Shown piece after piece: positions 48,744 to 62,044 of a stretch of DNA of 64,000 nt (positions are counted from its first letter, which is position 1; each line of letters starts with the position of its first letter). The notes beneath the pieces are model-generated. The model was not told the origin of the DNA, made no database searches, and was given only the letters and a program-made list of their open reading frames with translations. Where the stretch lies: the NCBI RefSeq assembly GCF_963921235.1, contig NC_086097.1, positions 72,790,001 to 72,854,000 of the forward strand, read 5' to 3'. Source of the stretch: Mobula hypostoma. Lineage: Eukaryota. A program made the translations under genes and the position numbers.

Positions 48744-49564
48744 GCATGATGTCAGTTCAGGAGGAACTCGTTTTCATTCAGTGATGATGTCATCAGCCAG
48801 GTGAGCAGCCAGGCACCTTCTAGAATGTTCACAAATATGAAACTAGGAAATGTTCTGTCATGGAAAAAATCATTTGTTATTCAGAAATTATGCAATTTGA
48901 GTCAATTTATCTTGAAGTGAAAATTGACAATAACCTTTTTCAACTCATTTTTAATCACACTGGGAAACACTCTTTTACATTTTTGAAATGAGTTATAATT
49001 GTGTGAGCAAAGGTTGATGTTATTAAGTAATGTTTCGTTTTGGATGTGGGAAATCTCTTGTAATTGGCGACACCATGGTGATCCTGCTGGTGTTGCTAGG
49101 AGGATTGAAAGAACAACAATCATTAAAAAGGACTCAGTTTTGTGCAGAGACCGGAGGGCAGAGTCACTGACCATCTTCTCTAGAGTTTAGATAGGCTAAT
49201 GTTTCCACCTGGGGTTCTCTAGCAACTGTTATTGGTGGGGACCATAGTCTATTGAGCCTGCTGTTGCCAAGATCTGTAACCTGTTGTGGCCACGAGCTTC
49301 TGTCTTTTAAGTGTACTACCTCCCTCCCCATTCCCAGCCTCAGGGCAATAGAATCAGCATGGACTTCAAAAGGAGACCATAGTGAATTATTTCAACTAAT
49401 AATGCAATAAATTTGAATTTTTATGAAGTTTTCTATCCTCTGAGCTTACCTAATCAGGGGAGAGTAGAAAACATACTGCAAATTCAACAGAAGAAAACTA
49501 TATCTCTAAACTTGCAGAATAAGCATGTAATTGATAAACCAACTTTAATATAAGAGCAACACAA

Positions 49565-50628
49565 GTAAAATTGGCTGACTGGCAGGAGGCAAAGAGTGGG
49601 AAATAAGGAAGCCTTTTCTGATTGGCTGCCAGTGACTAGTGGTCTTATGCAATGGTCAGTTTTGGGACTGCTTCTTTTTAGGTTATATATTAGTAATTTG
49701 AATGATGGAATTGATGGCTTTGTGGCCAAGTTTGTGAATGATACAAAGGTAGGTGGAGGGTCAGGAGGTGTTGAGGGATCAGGGAGGCTGCAGAAGGACT
49801 TAGAAAGATTAGGAGAATGGGCATATGGAATGCAGTGTTGGAAATAGTATGGTCATGCACTTTGGTAGAAGAAATAAAAGCATAGACTATTTTCTCAATG
49901 GGGAGAAAATACAAAATTCCAAGGTACAAAGGGACTTGGGAGTCAATGGGAAGGTTAACTTGCAGGTTGAGTCAGTGGTAAGGAAGGCAGATGCAATATT
50001 CACATTCATTTTGAGAGGACTAGAATATAAAAGCAAGGATATAATGCTGAGGCTTTATAAGGCATTGGCTAGATTGCACTTGGAGTATTGTGTGTAGTTT
50101 TGGACACCTTATCTAAGATAGGTTGTGCTGACATTGGAGAAGGTTCAAAGGAGGTTCACAAAAATGATTCCAGTAATGAAAGGCTTATCATTATGGGGAG
50201 TGTTTGATGGCTCTGAGCCTGTACTCATTGGAATTTAAAATAATGATGGGGGGAGGGGTCTCATTGGAACCTATCGAATGTCGAGAGGCCGAGATGGAGT
50301 GGATGTGGAGAGGATGTTTTCTCAAGTGGGGGATTTAAGGACCAAATGCCACAACATCAAAATAGAGAGGTGTCCACTTGGAATAGAGATAAAGAGGAAT
50401 TTCTTTAACCAGAAGGTATGGAATTCATTGCCACAGGCAGCTGTGGAGGCCACATCATAGGGCATATTTAAGGTGGAGGTTGATGGATTCTTGATAAGTC
50501 GGAGCTTCAAAGGTTACAGGATAAGGCAGGAGAATGGGGTTGAGAGGGAAATGGATCAGCCATGATGAAATGGCGGAGCAAACTCAACGGGCCGAATGGC
50601 GTAATTCTGCTCCTATGTCTTATGATCT
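49565..50628 (+). mobile_element. CR1 3' portion
   Basis: FSDWLPVTSG, AKFVNDTKVGG, YKALARLHLEYC and a CR1 tail. Confidence 0.92.
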
Positions 50629-50929
50629 TAAAATGCTGGAGAAGCTCAGCAGATCAGGAAGCATCTATGGAAATGAATAAACAGTTGTTCTTTTAGAATG
50701 AGACTTTTCTTCAGGATTGGAAAAGGAGGGGGAAGTTGCCAGAATAAAAAAGTGGGGGGAGGGGAAGGAGGATAGACTAGAAAGTGATAGGAGAAGCCAG
50801 GTGGGTGGGGTAGGTAAAGGGCTGAAGAAGGAGAAATCTGATAGGAGAGGAGAGTGAACCAAGGAGGGGCACCCTGGGGAAGTGATAGGCAGGTGAGGAG
50901 AAGAGGTAAGAGGCCAGAATGTGGAATAA

Positions 50930-53280
50930 AAGGTTTCAAAGGTACATTTAATGTCAGAGAAATGTCTACAATATACATCCTGAAATACTTTTTCTTTGCA
51001 ACCATCCAGGAAAACAGAGGAGTGCCCCTAAAGAATGAATGACAGCTATATGTTAGAACTCCAAAGCACCTCCCAGCTCCCCCTCCTATGTGTAAGCAGC
51101 AGCAAAACAACAATCCCCCTCCCCCGTTAGTAAAGACAAAGCATTTGCACCCCCTCCAAGCACTCAAGCGTGCAGCAAAGCATTAAGAAACACACAGACT
51201 TGCAGTACCCCAAAGACTACTCATTCACCCGGTAATTCGACATACCACAGGCTCTCTCTCCCCCTAATAAGGGAGAAAGAGGTGTCTCCATTTCACAGTG
51301 AGAGGGGAGACATAACAAACAACTCACTGATATGTGATGTTAAAAGTCCGTTGTATCACTTTTTCAGAGCTCTGCGCCCAAAGAACTCAGGTCTCTGGGC
51401 ACACAGCCAGCTCGCTGCTTTCAATCTTCCATCTCCCACGACACACCTTTAGTCCACCCGTCTTCAGAGCCATGAGACCCTGGAACTCTGAAGGTGAGCT
51501 AATCTCCTAAGATGCGTCCTTGGCATATCGAATACAGGTGTCCCCCGCTTTTCGAACGTTTGCTTTACAAAACCTCACTGTTACGAAAGACCTACATTAG
51601 TACCCTATTTTCGCTTTCAGAAGGTGTTTTCACTGTTACGAAAAAAATTCAGTGCACAATAAAAGGCAGTGCGTGCCTCAAGCAGCTGTTCTCCCCTCGA
51701 TTCGGAACGGAATTGCTTAAACATGAGCCCGTGAGCAGCCATTTGCAAGATGAGTTCTATGGTATTGGAAAAGCCTGAAAGAGCTCGTAAGCGTGTTACA
51801 CTTACGGTAAAACTAGACATAATTAAGCGTTTTGATCGTGGTGAACGAAGTAAGGACAATGTGAGTTTGGCTTGTGGAAGCTGACGGACATGATGTTGAA
51901 GAGGTTTTGGTATCCCATCACCAAGAACTGACAGATGAAGAGCTGATGCAGTTAGAAGAAAAAAGGATAACAATCGAAACCGAATGAGTAATGATAAAGT
52001 ACGACTTTAATTTTGAAAGGGTACATCGGTTTAGGAGATATTTGCAGGATGGTTTGAGTCCTTATTAAAGAACAGTGCGATAGAAAAATACGCGAGGCTC
52101 AGCAGTCAAGCAAGCCTTCCACATCAGCCACAGCAGACAGCGAACCTCGACCTTCGACATCGAGGCGGGCAGAGATAGAAGAAGGTGAGCTGCCAGCTCT
52201 AATGGAAACAGAGGATGAAATGACACCCTAGTGTCCCACTACCCCAACCCCCAGGCCACGGACAGATACCGATTCACGGAGAATGCAAAGGTAGCCAGGA
52301 GGCACACAGCACATCTTTAAGAAAAAAGCCGAAATAAACATGCTAATTAATTAGGTGCCGCCGACACGTAAATGTCAGCCCAGATCAGAGATGGTGCATC
52401 GGAAATCGGCACTGATCTGGGCCGACAATTACGTGTCGGGTGGCACCTAATTAATTAGTTTGTTTATTTCAGCTTTTTTCTTGAAGATGCGTTGTGTGCC
52501 TCCCGGCTACCGTTTCATTCCCGCATGCTTCGCGGCAATGTATCGCTCGGCAGCCTGAAGGGTGGGGGCCACTGCACCACCCAACCTGCGACAACTCAGT
52601 CTAACACACCATCATCAGTGTGCTCGACGCTGTTTTCCCAATTCCGGTAAGTGATACTACACTGTACATACATTATTTCTACTTTATATAGGCTGTGTAT
52701 TTTTATGTGTTATTTGGTATGATTTGGCAGCTTCATAGCTTAAAGGTTACTGGAGAGAGTATTCTTGCCAACAGCGCTTGCTTGAGATTTTCTGCCGACG
52801 GCGCTTGCGTGAGATTTTCACTACGGAGAACCGTTCAGTAATGATTGCGGAAAAGTATTTCTACTTTATATAAGCTGTGTAGTTATCATATCATTCCTGC
52901 TTTTACTATATGTTACTGTTATTTTAGGTTTTATCTGTTATTTGGCATGATTTGGTAGGTTATTTTTGGGTCTGCGAACGCTCACAAAATTTTCCCATAT
53001 AAATAAATGGTAATTGCTTCTTCTCTTTACGACATTTCGGCTTACGAACCATTTCAAAAGAACGCTTTACCTTCGGATGGCGGGGGAAACCTGTAATGGC
53101 CAGTTGTGAAACCCCGTGAGTGGGTCCCATTCCCATAAAGAACTGTAGTCAGCACGTAACAACAAGTCAGGGTCTTCAAAAGAACCCTGAAAGGGAGAAA
53201 TGGAGATATTAAAGATGGAAACAGAGCTGTTTCCGAAGATGCAAGCAAAGGAATTGCCATTAAGCATCATTGTCTCTCCA
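50930..53280 (-). mobile_element. Family X retroposon, longest copy (~790 bp net), split by a Tigger at a TA
   Basis: 50930-51534 matches 37331-37960; the sequence resumes at 53096 up to about 53280. Confidence 0.78.
51535..53093 (+). mobile_element. pogo/Tigger DNA transposon, internally deleted
   Basis: TA TSDs at 51533-51534 and 53094-53095; imperfect TIRs CAGGTGTCCCCCGC / GCGGGGGAAACCTG. N-terminal HTH RKRVTLTVKLDIIKRFDRGERSKD from about 51750 jumps to the acidic C-terminus ELTDEELMQLEE; no DDD core. Confidence 0.92.
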
Positions 53281-53484
53281 GCTTTTTATTCTGGAGTCTT
53301 CCCCTTCCTTTCCACTCCTGAAGAGAGAATAGGGAGCAAAACTTTTTTTACTGGAAATAGAAATCGATATTCATGCCATCAGGTTGGAGGCTACCTTAAT
53401 GGAATGTGAAGTGTTGCTCCTCTAACCTGAGAGTGGCATCATCATGGCAAAAGAGGAGGCCATGGATCAATACATTGGAACATA

Positions 53485-55103
53485 CAGAGGCATGCAAAAG
53501 TTTGGGCACCCCGGTCAAAATTTCTGTTACTGGGAATAGTTAAGTGAGTAGAAGATGAACTGATCTCCAAAAGTCATAAAATTAAAGATGAAACATTCTT
53601 TTCAACATTTTAAACAAGATTAGTGTATTATTTTTGTTTTGTACAACCTTATAATGAAAAAAAGGAAAGGAGCACCATGCAAAAGTTTAGGCACCCCAAG
53701 AGATTTGAGCTCTCAGATGACTTTTACCAAGGTCTCAGACCTTAATTAGCTTGTTAGAGCTATGGCTTGTTCACAATCATCGTTAGGAAAGGCCAGGTGA
53801 TGCAAATTTCAAAGCTTTATAAATACCCTGACTCCTCAAACCTTGCCCCAGCAATCAGCAGCCATGGGCTCCTCTATGCACCTGCCTAGCATTCTGAAAA
53901 TTAAAATAAATGATGCCCACAAAGCAGGAGAAGGCTATAAGAAGATAGCAAAGCACTTTCAGGTAGCTGTTTCCTCAGTTTGTGATGTAATTAAGAAATG
54001 GCAGTTAACAGGAATGGTGGATGTCAAGTTGAGGTCTGGAACACCAAGAAAATCTTCTGAGAGAACTGCTTGTAGGATTGCTAGAAAGGCAAATCAAAAC
54101 ACCAGTTTGACTGTAAAAGACCTTCAGGAAGATTTAGCAGACTCTGGAGTGGTGGTGCACTGTTCTACTGTGCAGCGACACCTGCACAAATATGACCTTC
54201 ATGGAAGAGTCATCAGAGGAAAAACCTTTCCTGCACCCTCACCACAAAATTCAGCATCAGAAGTTTGGAAAGGAACATCTAAACAAGCCTGATGCATTTT
54301 GGAAAGAAGTCCTGTGAACTGATGAAGTTAAAATAGAACTTTTTGGCCGCAATGAGCAAAATATGTTTGGAGAAAAAAGGGTGCAGAATTTCATGAAAAG
54401 AACCCCTCTCCAACTGTTAAGCACGGGGGTGGATCGATCATGCTTTGTGCTTGTGTTGCAGCCAGTGGCATGGGGAACATTTACTGGTAGAGGGAAGAAT
54501 GAATTCAATTAAATACCAGCAAATTCTGGAAGCAAACATCACACCGTCCTTCAAAAGCTGAAGATGAAAAGAGGATGGCTTCTACAACAGGATAATGATC
54601 CTAAACACACCTCAAAATCCACAATGGACTACCTCAAGAGGCGCAAGCTGAATGTTTTGCCATGGCCCTCACAGTTCCCTGACCTAAACATCATTGAAAA
54701 TCTGTGGATAGACCTCAAAAGAGCAGAGCATGCAAAACGGCCCAAGAATCTCACTGAACTAGAAGTCTTTTGCAAGGAAGAACGGGCAAAAATTCCCCAA
54801 ACAAGAACTGAAATACTCTCAGCTGGCTACAGAAAGTGTTCACAAGCTCTAATACTTGCCAAAGGGGGTATTACTAAGTACTGACCATGCAGGGTTCCCA
54901 AACTTTTGCTTTGGGCCCTTTTCCCTTTTTTGTTATTTTGAAACTGTAACAGATGGAAATAAATAAGTAATCTTACTTAATATATTAAAGAAATGTGTCA
55001 TCTTTAACTATGCCTTTTGGAAATCAGGTCATCTTTTACTCGCTTAGCTATACATCGTAACAGAAACTTTGACCAGGGGTGCCCAAACTTTTTCATGCCA
55101 CTG
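53485..55103 (+). mobile_element. Full-length Tc1 transposon (1619 bp) with ~210-bp IR/DR TIRs
   Basis: TA TSDs at 53483-53484 and 55104-55105; ends CAGAGGCATGCAAAAGTTTGGGCACCCC / GGGGTGCCCAAACTTTTTCATGCCACTG; inner direct repeats at about 53676 and 54890. Confidence 0.97.
53864..54884 (+). pseudogene. Tc1 DD34E transposase, disrupted
   Basis: GYKKIAK HTH, RSGTPRK (GRPR-like), VL*TDEVKIE, QQDNDPKH with 34 residues to the E of PDLNIIENLW, KGGITKY*. One in-frame stop and frameshifts. Confidence 0.95.
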
Positions 55104-56482
55104 TAAATAGGGAAAGGAATTAAAATCATTGTCCAGCAGGAAATGTTGGTATTGGCGGGTGGTACAGAGGTTCTTGACAAATCAGTCCCCCAATTTACTT
55201 CATGTCTCACCAGTGCAGAGGAGACTGCATAGGAGCACCCAGTACAAGATGACCCCAACAGATTCACTGATTAAGTGTTGCCTTACTTGGAAGGACTGTT
55301 TGGAGCTCTGGCGGTAAGAAAGGGGGTAAATAGGCATATAGCATTTCTGATGATTTTCTCTTCATTTATTTCCCACTCTGTCATTTTACCTCTTCTTCTC
55401 CCCTGCCTATCACTTCCCTTTGGTGCCCCTCCTTCTTCCTTTTCTTCCATGGTCCACTCTCCTCTCCTATCAGGTTCCTTCTTCTCCAGACTTTTACCTT
55501 TCCCACCCACCTGGCCTCACCTCGTGCCTTCCTTCCCCTCACCTCCACGTTTTTATTTTGAAGTCTTCCCACTTCCTTTCCAGTTCTGAAAGAGAGTCTC
55601 AGCTCGAAACATTGATTGTTTATTAATTTCCATAGATGCTGCCAGACCTCCTGAGTTTCTCCAGAACTTTGCATGTGTTGTTCTGGATTTCCAGCATCTG
55701 CAGAATCTCCTGTGTTTAATATAAGATCGTAGGAGCACATACCATTGGAAAAATACACTGTGGTAAGTGCCTACATAGGCAGATTTTCAACATATGAAGT
55801 TTTTTGGTTTTCAGTCCTTTGTCCATTTCTCCCTCTCCATTGAAGCTAACTGACCTTCTGTGCTTTCTCATTTCTCTTTCTCTTTTGTTTCAGATGTAAC
55901 ACCCTGTGAAAGACTTCACTGCTATATGCCTCTGAGAACTGATAAACTGAGTGACTGAACTGAAAAGCAGAAAAGCTATGCTAAATATCGAAGCTTGCTC
56001 AGACCATGTTGAAACACTGAGTATTTCTGGTCTTTTTTTTTAAGGCCTACAGAAGGCCCAAAAGAAAGTTTGGAGTGATATCAAGCAGAGGATTTATCTA
56101 TCAAAAAGATTGTGCAGGCTGTTTCTTCAAAAAAAGCTTTACCAAAGTCTTTAAAGGCAGAAGATACTTTTGGTTGCTCAGGATTAACTAAATGGATTGG
56201 GCTATAACAATGTGTGTAATGTATTACTGCCAATTGCTTGTTGATCCATGCCTCTCAATTCCTGCAAACTCACACATTGGTAGCTATTTGAGTGGTATGG
56301 TTGGAAGGACAGATGTGATATGCTATCTTGGAAGCATTATCAGAAAGAACCCACCTACCCCACACCTTCTCTGTCCAACCACCTCACATCAGGCAGAAAA
56401 TTTAAAAAAAGCTTGAAGGCATGTACCACCAGGCTCAAGGACAGCTTCTATCCCAGTGCTATAAAACTATTGAATGTCTCCT

Positions 56483-59104
56483 CATCATTGTCATCATCAG
56501 ATGCCGTGCCCAGTTTGACTGCCATGGCCCACACCCTCCTGTTTTGGGTCGAGTGGATCAATTCATTGGTATTCATTTCCAGTTCTCTGGCTGCTGTCTC
56601 CATCATCATTTGTCTTTGGCTTCCTCTTGCTTTCTTCCCTTCAATCTTTCCCATAACTACTGTGCATTCTAACGCTTCTTTTCTAATCACATGTCCAATG
56701 AAGTTACGTTGCCTTTTCATGATCTCATATATTATTTCTCTTTTTGTGTTTGCTCTGTTCATGACATCCTTGTTAGATATTTGTTTCATCCATGATATTC
56801 TTTGCATCCTCCTCAAAAACCACATCTCTGCTGCTTCAATTTGATTCCTCAAGTTACTAGATTTTGTCCAGCATTCTGAACCATATAACATAACTGGATA
56901 AATGTAACATTTCAGTACTCTGAGGCGGGTTGTCATGCTTAGTTTAGTATTGGTCAGTATACTCTTCATTCTCGTAAAGGTGTCTTTTGCCATCCTTATT
57001 CTTCTTTTGATGTCCATGTCGCACCTGCCACCTGATGTCACCCAGCTCCCTAAGTAGCAAAAGTTCTGTACTTGTCTTATGTTTTCCCATTTATTCTCAG
57101 CCTGCAGATAGGATTCTCCTTCTTTCGGATATTACCATACATTTTGTCTTTTTGCAATTGATAGATAAACCCATTTTTGCACTTTCTTCAACAATTATAT
57201 GAATTAACTTTTGTAGTTCTTCCTACACATGCTTGCAATTATCACAGTGTCATCTGCATATCTGAAATTATTGATGTTTTCGCCGCCAACTTTGATTCCC
57301 AAGATATCTCTTATTTTTCGTAATATTGTTTCACTGTACACAATAAATAAATTAGGGGAGAAAAACACCCTTATCTAACGCGTCTCTTGATTTTCGTAAA
57401 CTGACTCACTTCTCCATCTATTCTTCCAGCGGCAGTTTGTTCCCAGTACAGATTTCTGATTTGGCGGAGGTTTTTCAAATCTAGATCTAGAGTTTCCTGT
57501 AATATTTCAAATAACTTATTGTGCTTCACTTTATCAAATGCTTTTGTGTAGTCGATAAAACAAGCAAACAAATCTTTTTGCACTTAAATAGTGCAAAACC
57601 GTGATACAACACTTGGCGGCATGGGAGGTCGTTCCTGCCTGTGGCCATCGAACATACAGCTCCTCCCATGGAGGGTCAGACACCCTGAGCCAATAGACTG
57701 GTCCTGGACTTATTTTCCATCTGGCATAGTTTGCATTTTGTTGTTTGATTGTTTGTGGTTTTTGTATTGCTATATTTACGCTCTATTCTTGGTTGGTGCA
57801 GCTGTAACGAAACCAAATTTCCCTCGGGATTAATAAAATATATCTATCTATCTATAGCTCATTCTGATAGTATCCTTACCATCAATATTGTGCTTCTTGT
57901 ACCTTTGTCTTTCACAAAACCACATTGTTCTTTACCTATTTCAGCTTATATCTTACTTTTAGCTCGTCATCAAAATTCTTAGAAGTATCTTGGTGATATG
58001 ACTCATTAAACTTATGGTCCTATGTAATTCACATTCTATTGCTCCAGGTTTCTTAGGAAGAATGATAAATACTGATTTTTTCATCTCTTTCTGGTAATGT
58101 TCCAGTCTCATAAATGTCATTGATTAAATCAGTAAGTTTTTCAATTCCATAATCTTCAAAGGTGATAACTTGTTCTATTACTAATTCATCAGGACCCGCT
58201 GCCTTTCCTTTCTTTATCTTATTTATTGCATTACGAACTTCAGATCTTAAAATACTTGGACCTTCAATGTTTTTCTTAATTTCTCATTTTTCACCTCAAT
58301 CATCTTCAAACAATTCCTGAATATACTCAGTCCATCTGTTCATAATCTCATCTTTTTTCATGATAATGGTACTGTCCTTTGCTTTCAGACATCCACCTGA
58401 AGAACAGAGGAGCTTTTTACCAGTGATATTCTTGATTTGTTGATGTAACCTTTTTGGATCAGTAATAGGGATTCTTTCTATTTGCTCACATTCCTGGTTT
58501 AACCATTCTTCTTTGGCTTTTTGACATAAGCTTTTAACTTTTTTATCTAAGGACTTATATTCTATAAGATTTGCTTTCTTCCATCTCCTTTCTTCCATTA
58601 GATTTTTGATTTCATTGGTCATCCATTTATTCTTTGTGCTTTTTTTCTTTTTTAGGAATCGCTGACTTTGCTGATTCTACTAAGGCATCTTTTAGAGAGT
58701 TAAATTTCATTTCTACATGATTGCTATCATCTTCAAAAGATTCTATTTCTAGACTTTGAAATCTATTCCTTACTTCAATTGTAAATTTTTTTCTTAAGTT
58801 TTCTTCTTTAATTAATTGCAAGTAGTCAAGGGATTGTTCAGGTTTTTGCTTCTTTAGTTTTTTTAAGTTTTACTTTTACATGACATACTACTGGGTTATG
58901 GTCACTATCACAGTCTGCACCTGGATATGTTTTGCATTGAGTCACTGAGTTTCTCAATCTTTGGTTTATATTAAGAAAGTCAATTTGATTTCTAGTGTTA
59001 TCACCTGGACTTTTCCAGGCCCACAATCGTCTTGGATGGTTTTTAAAGTAGGTATTCAAAATGACCTGATTATTCATCTTGCACCATTCTACCCATTTCT
59101 CCTA
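56483..59104 (-). mobile_element. RTE-clade (BovB-like) LINE, 5'-truncated, with an 11-bp TSD
   Basis: WKSPGDNTRNQIDF..ADCDSDH, CFIDYTKAFDKVKH, INNFRYADDTV, MLYGSECWT; (GAT)n tail. GAATGTCTCCT occurs at 56472-56482 and 59105-59115. Confidence 0.95.
57592..57853 (+). mobile_element. Rex1-type LINE 3' tail inserted in the RTE
   Basis: RSFLPVAI motif; end AATTTCCCTCGGGATTAATAAA(TATC)n; ATAG duplicated at 57588-57591 and 57854-57857. Confidence 0.8.
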
Positions 59105-60099
59105 GAATGTCTCCTAGTATGATAAACTAGATACTTGGCTTTGCAATCTACTTCATTCTGACTTTGCACCTTTATCGTCTACCTGCGCTGCACTTTCTCT
59201 GGAGCTGTTACACTTCATTGTCTTACCTATACTATTTCAATGCACTGCTGTAATGAATTCATCTGTATGAACGGTCAGCAAGACAAGTATTTATTTTCAC
59301 TATATCTCAATACATGTGACAATCATTAATGAATTTATCACATTTATCGATTTCACTCACTTTCAGCTTTCTGCTACTACTTAGCATTCTCTCCTTTCAA
59401 GGCAAACCCCTCACAGACTGCAGCAGGAACTGAACCCGGGTCAGTGATACTGTAAAGCATTGTGCTAACCACTTAATTCTGTGAATAATTTTATTAGCCT
59501 TTGGACCCTAGTCCTCTACCGTTAAGGCTTTCCAATGCTAATCCTTGCAGCATGAGGACAATTTACTGACATCCCTTTGGCTAATTTTCTCGCTAGTGGG
59601 ATACTTTAAGAAATTTTAAGTTATCACTGCCCTGAAAGTTAATGTGGTCATGCCCTAGTTTTTCCCAATTTGCAATGTTTCTGATCTGCTGTCTGCTGAT
59701 CCCGTTCAGCAGAAATGGTGGATCAGCTTGCATGGATGTTATTTTCCCTTGGCTACCACAACACCCATGCAATTTAGCTTTGCTGATCTGGGGGATTTGA
59801 AGCTATGGCCGTGGGCTGTGTCAGGGCTTGATTGTAGGTGTGCTGGTCGAGGGAGCAGCTGGCAAATAGTCAAAGTGGGATCAAATGGAGATTTGCGTGC
59901 AAAATTCCCCATGATTAATCATGTGACACACTTTTCCAATAAAAATTCACAATAAGGGTACCTACAAGATAAAAAAAAAGGAATTAGAAGTAAGTGAAAG
60001 GCAAAGATAGCAAATTTGAGGAAGCCTCTTGCTTGGAGTCACCATTGTGCACCACAGTAATCCTTTATCCCATTGAGACTGCACTGACTATTAAGTACC

Positions 60100-60370
60100 C
60101 AGTCACACTACTCAAGCTCTAATTGCTTTTATTTCTTTTCATGCCCCCATCAACTCTACTCAGTTCTCCTGCCACCACCCACAACAGGGGCAACTTACAG
60201 TAATCATTTCACCTACAGCCAGCCTGTTTTTGAGATGTGAGCAGAAATTAGAATAGCTGATGAAACACTACATTGTCACAGGGAGAAGGTGCAAACTGTA
60301 GAAACCCACAAATGAAAATCTGAAACAAACCCTGATCACTGGAGCAGAGAGCAGCAATATTGGCCACTTG
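60100..60370 (-). mobile_element. Decayed V-SINE
   Basis: GTCACAGGGAGAAGGTGCAAACT core. Confidence 0.55.
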
Positions 60371-60454
60371 GTCGCCCATCCTAGGAGTTTACAAGCTAAG
60401 GAGATTAAATTGACTATAGGGTGCTTAGGAGGAATTGCCATAATTCTTGTTTAG

Positions 60455-61715
60455 ACCAGAAGACAGCAAGACAGAGGAGCAGAATTAGGCCATTTGGCCC
60501 ATACAGTCTGCTTCACCATGCAGTCATGGCTGTTCCTTTTTTCCCCTCCTCAGCCCCACTCCCCAGCCTTCTCCCTGTAACCTTTGATGCCGTGTCAAAT
60601 CAAGAACCTATCAAGCTCTGCCTTAAATACACTCAACAACCTGGCCTCCACAGCTGTCTGTGGGAATAGTCTACAAATTCACCTCCCTCTGGCTAAAGAA
60701 ATTTCTCCACTTCTGTTTTCAATGGACACTCCTCTATCCTGAGGCTGTGCCCTCTTGTCCTAGACTCTCCCACCATGGGAAAAATTCTTTCCACGTCTAC
60801 TCTGTCTAGGCCTTTCAAAATTCAAAAAGGTTTCAATGAGATCTCCCCTCATCCTTCTAAATTCCAGAGAGTACAGACCCAGAGCCATCAAATGTTTCTT
60901 GTATGATAACCCTTTCATTTCCAAAATCATCCTTGTGAACCTCCTCTGAACTCTATCCAATGCCAGCACATCTTTTCTTAGATGAGGAGCCCAAAACTGT
61001 TCACAATACTCAAGGTGAGGCTTCACCAGTGCCTTATAAAGCCTCAGTATCACATTCCTGCTCTTGTATTCTAGACTTCTTGAAATGAATGCTACCATTG
61101 CATTTGCCATCCTCCCCACCAACTCAGCTTGCAAGTTAACCTTTAGGCTGTTCTGCACAAGGACGCCCAAGTTCTACTGCATCTCAGATTTTTGGATTTT
61201 CTCCCCATTTAGAAAATAGTCTGCACATTTATTTCTACTACCAAAGTGCATAACCATGTGTTTTCCAACATTGTATTTCATTTGCCATTTCATTCCTTTT
61301 ATCTACCCTACTTGTAATCTCCGTAAAGAATTCCAACGGATCAGTCAGGCAGGATGTTCCCTTAAGGAAACCATGCTGACTTTGCCCTATCTTGTCCTGT
61401 GTCACCAAGTACTCCATAACCCAACCCTTAACAATTAACTCCAACATCTTCCCAACCACTGAGGCCGGGCTAAGTGGTCTATAATTTCCTTTTTGCTGCC
61501 TCCTCCTTTCTTCAAGAGTGGAGTGGCATTTGCAATTTTCCAGTCCTCTGGCATCACGCCAGTGTTCAATGATTTTTTTTGAAAGAACATTACTAATGCC
61601 GCCACAATCTCTACTGTTTTCTTTTTCAGAACCCTGGGGTGCAGTTCATCTTGTCTGGATAACTTATGTACCTATAGGTCTTTCAGCTTTTTGAGCACCT
61701 TCTCCCTTGTAATAG
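60455..61715 (-). mobile_element. CR1 3' portion with the RT core deleted at about 61290
   Basis: QHGFLKGTSCLT..EITSRVDK joins directly to the WQMKYNVGK region. Confidence 0.9.
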
Positions 61716-62044
61716 TAAAATCATTTGTTTACATGGAACCTGGGTCTGGACCGAATAAATATCCTGAAGGACAGGCCAGATAATTGCTGGTTGCTATGAT
61801 TTTACTTTGTTTAATGCCATTGATGTGGAATCTGTCAGGAGAGGAAACGTACAGTTATTATGGAGCTCATTACTCAGTGGCGTTATGCATCTTTCCTGAA
61901 TATCCATGATGTCATGTCAGTTCATTCATTTCACGACTTTACCGGTTTGATAAGCTAAGATAACATGCTTGATGGCAGGATAAGAAATAGTGATAGACGT
62001 AATGGTGGAGAGGTGAGAAACTTTAATGATAATTGATTGATGGA

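Larger units (their letters stand above)
50630..55716 (-). mobile_element. Older Penelope 3' region hosting three insertions and ending in an inverted pLTR (about 55340-55716, + strand)
   Basis: pLTR at 50630-50928, GIY-YIG C-terminus at 53340-53482 and 55106-55330, then an opposite-orientation pLTR. Confidence 0.8.
56330..59330 (+). mobile_element. Rex1/Babar 3' fragment (56330-56482 and 59105-59330) split by an RTE
   Basis: SGRKFKKSLKACTTRLKDSFYPSAIKLLN, with the 3' UTR resuming after the TSD. Confidence 0.8.

Noticed and set aside
55860..55960. Strong polypyrimidine tract and AG at about 55893
   Set aside because: It resembles a decayed pLTR end (TTTGTTTCAGAT), and all frames stop before a donor.
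59900..59985. Minus-strand acceptor CCTTTTTTTTTATCTTGTAG
   Set aside because: All frames close within about 16 codons and no partner exon was found.
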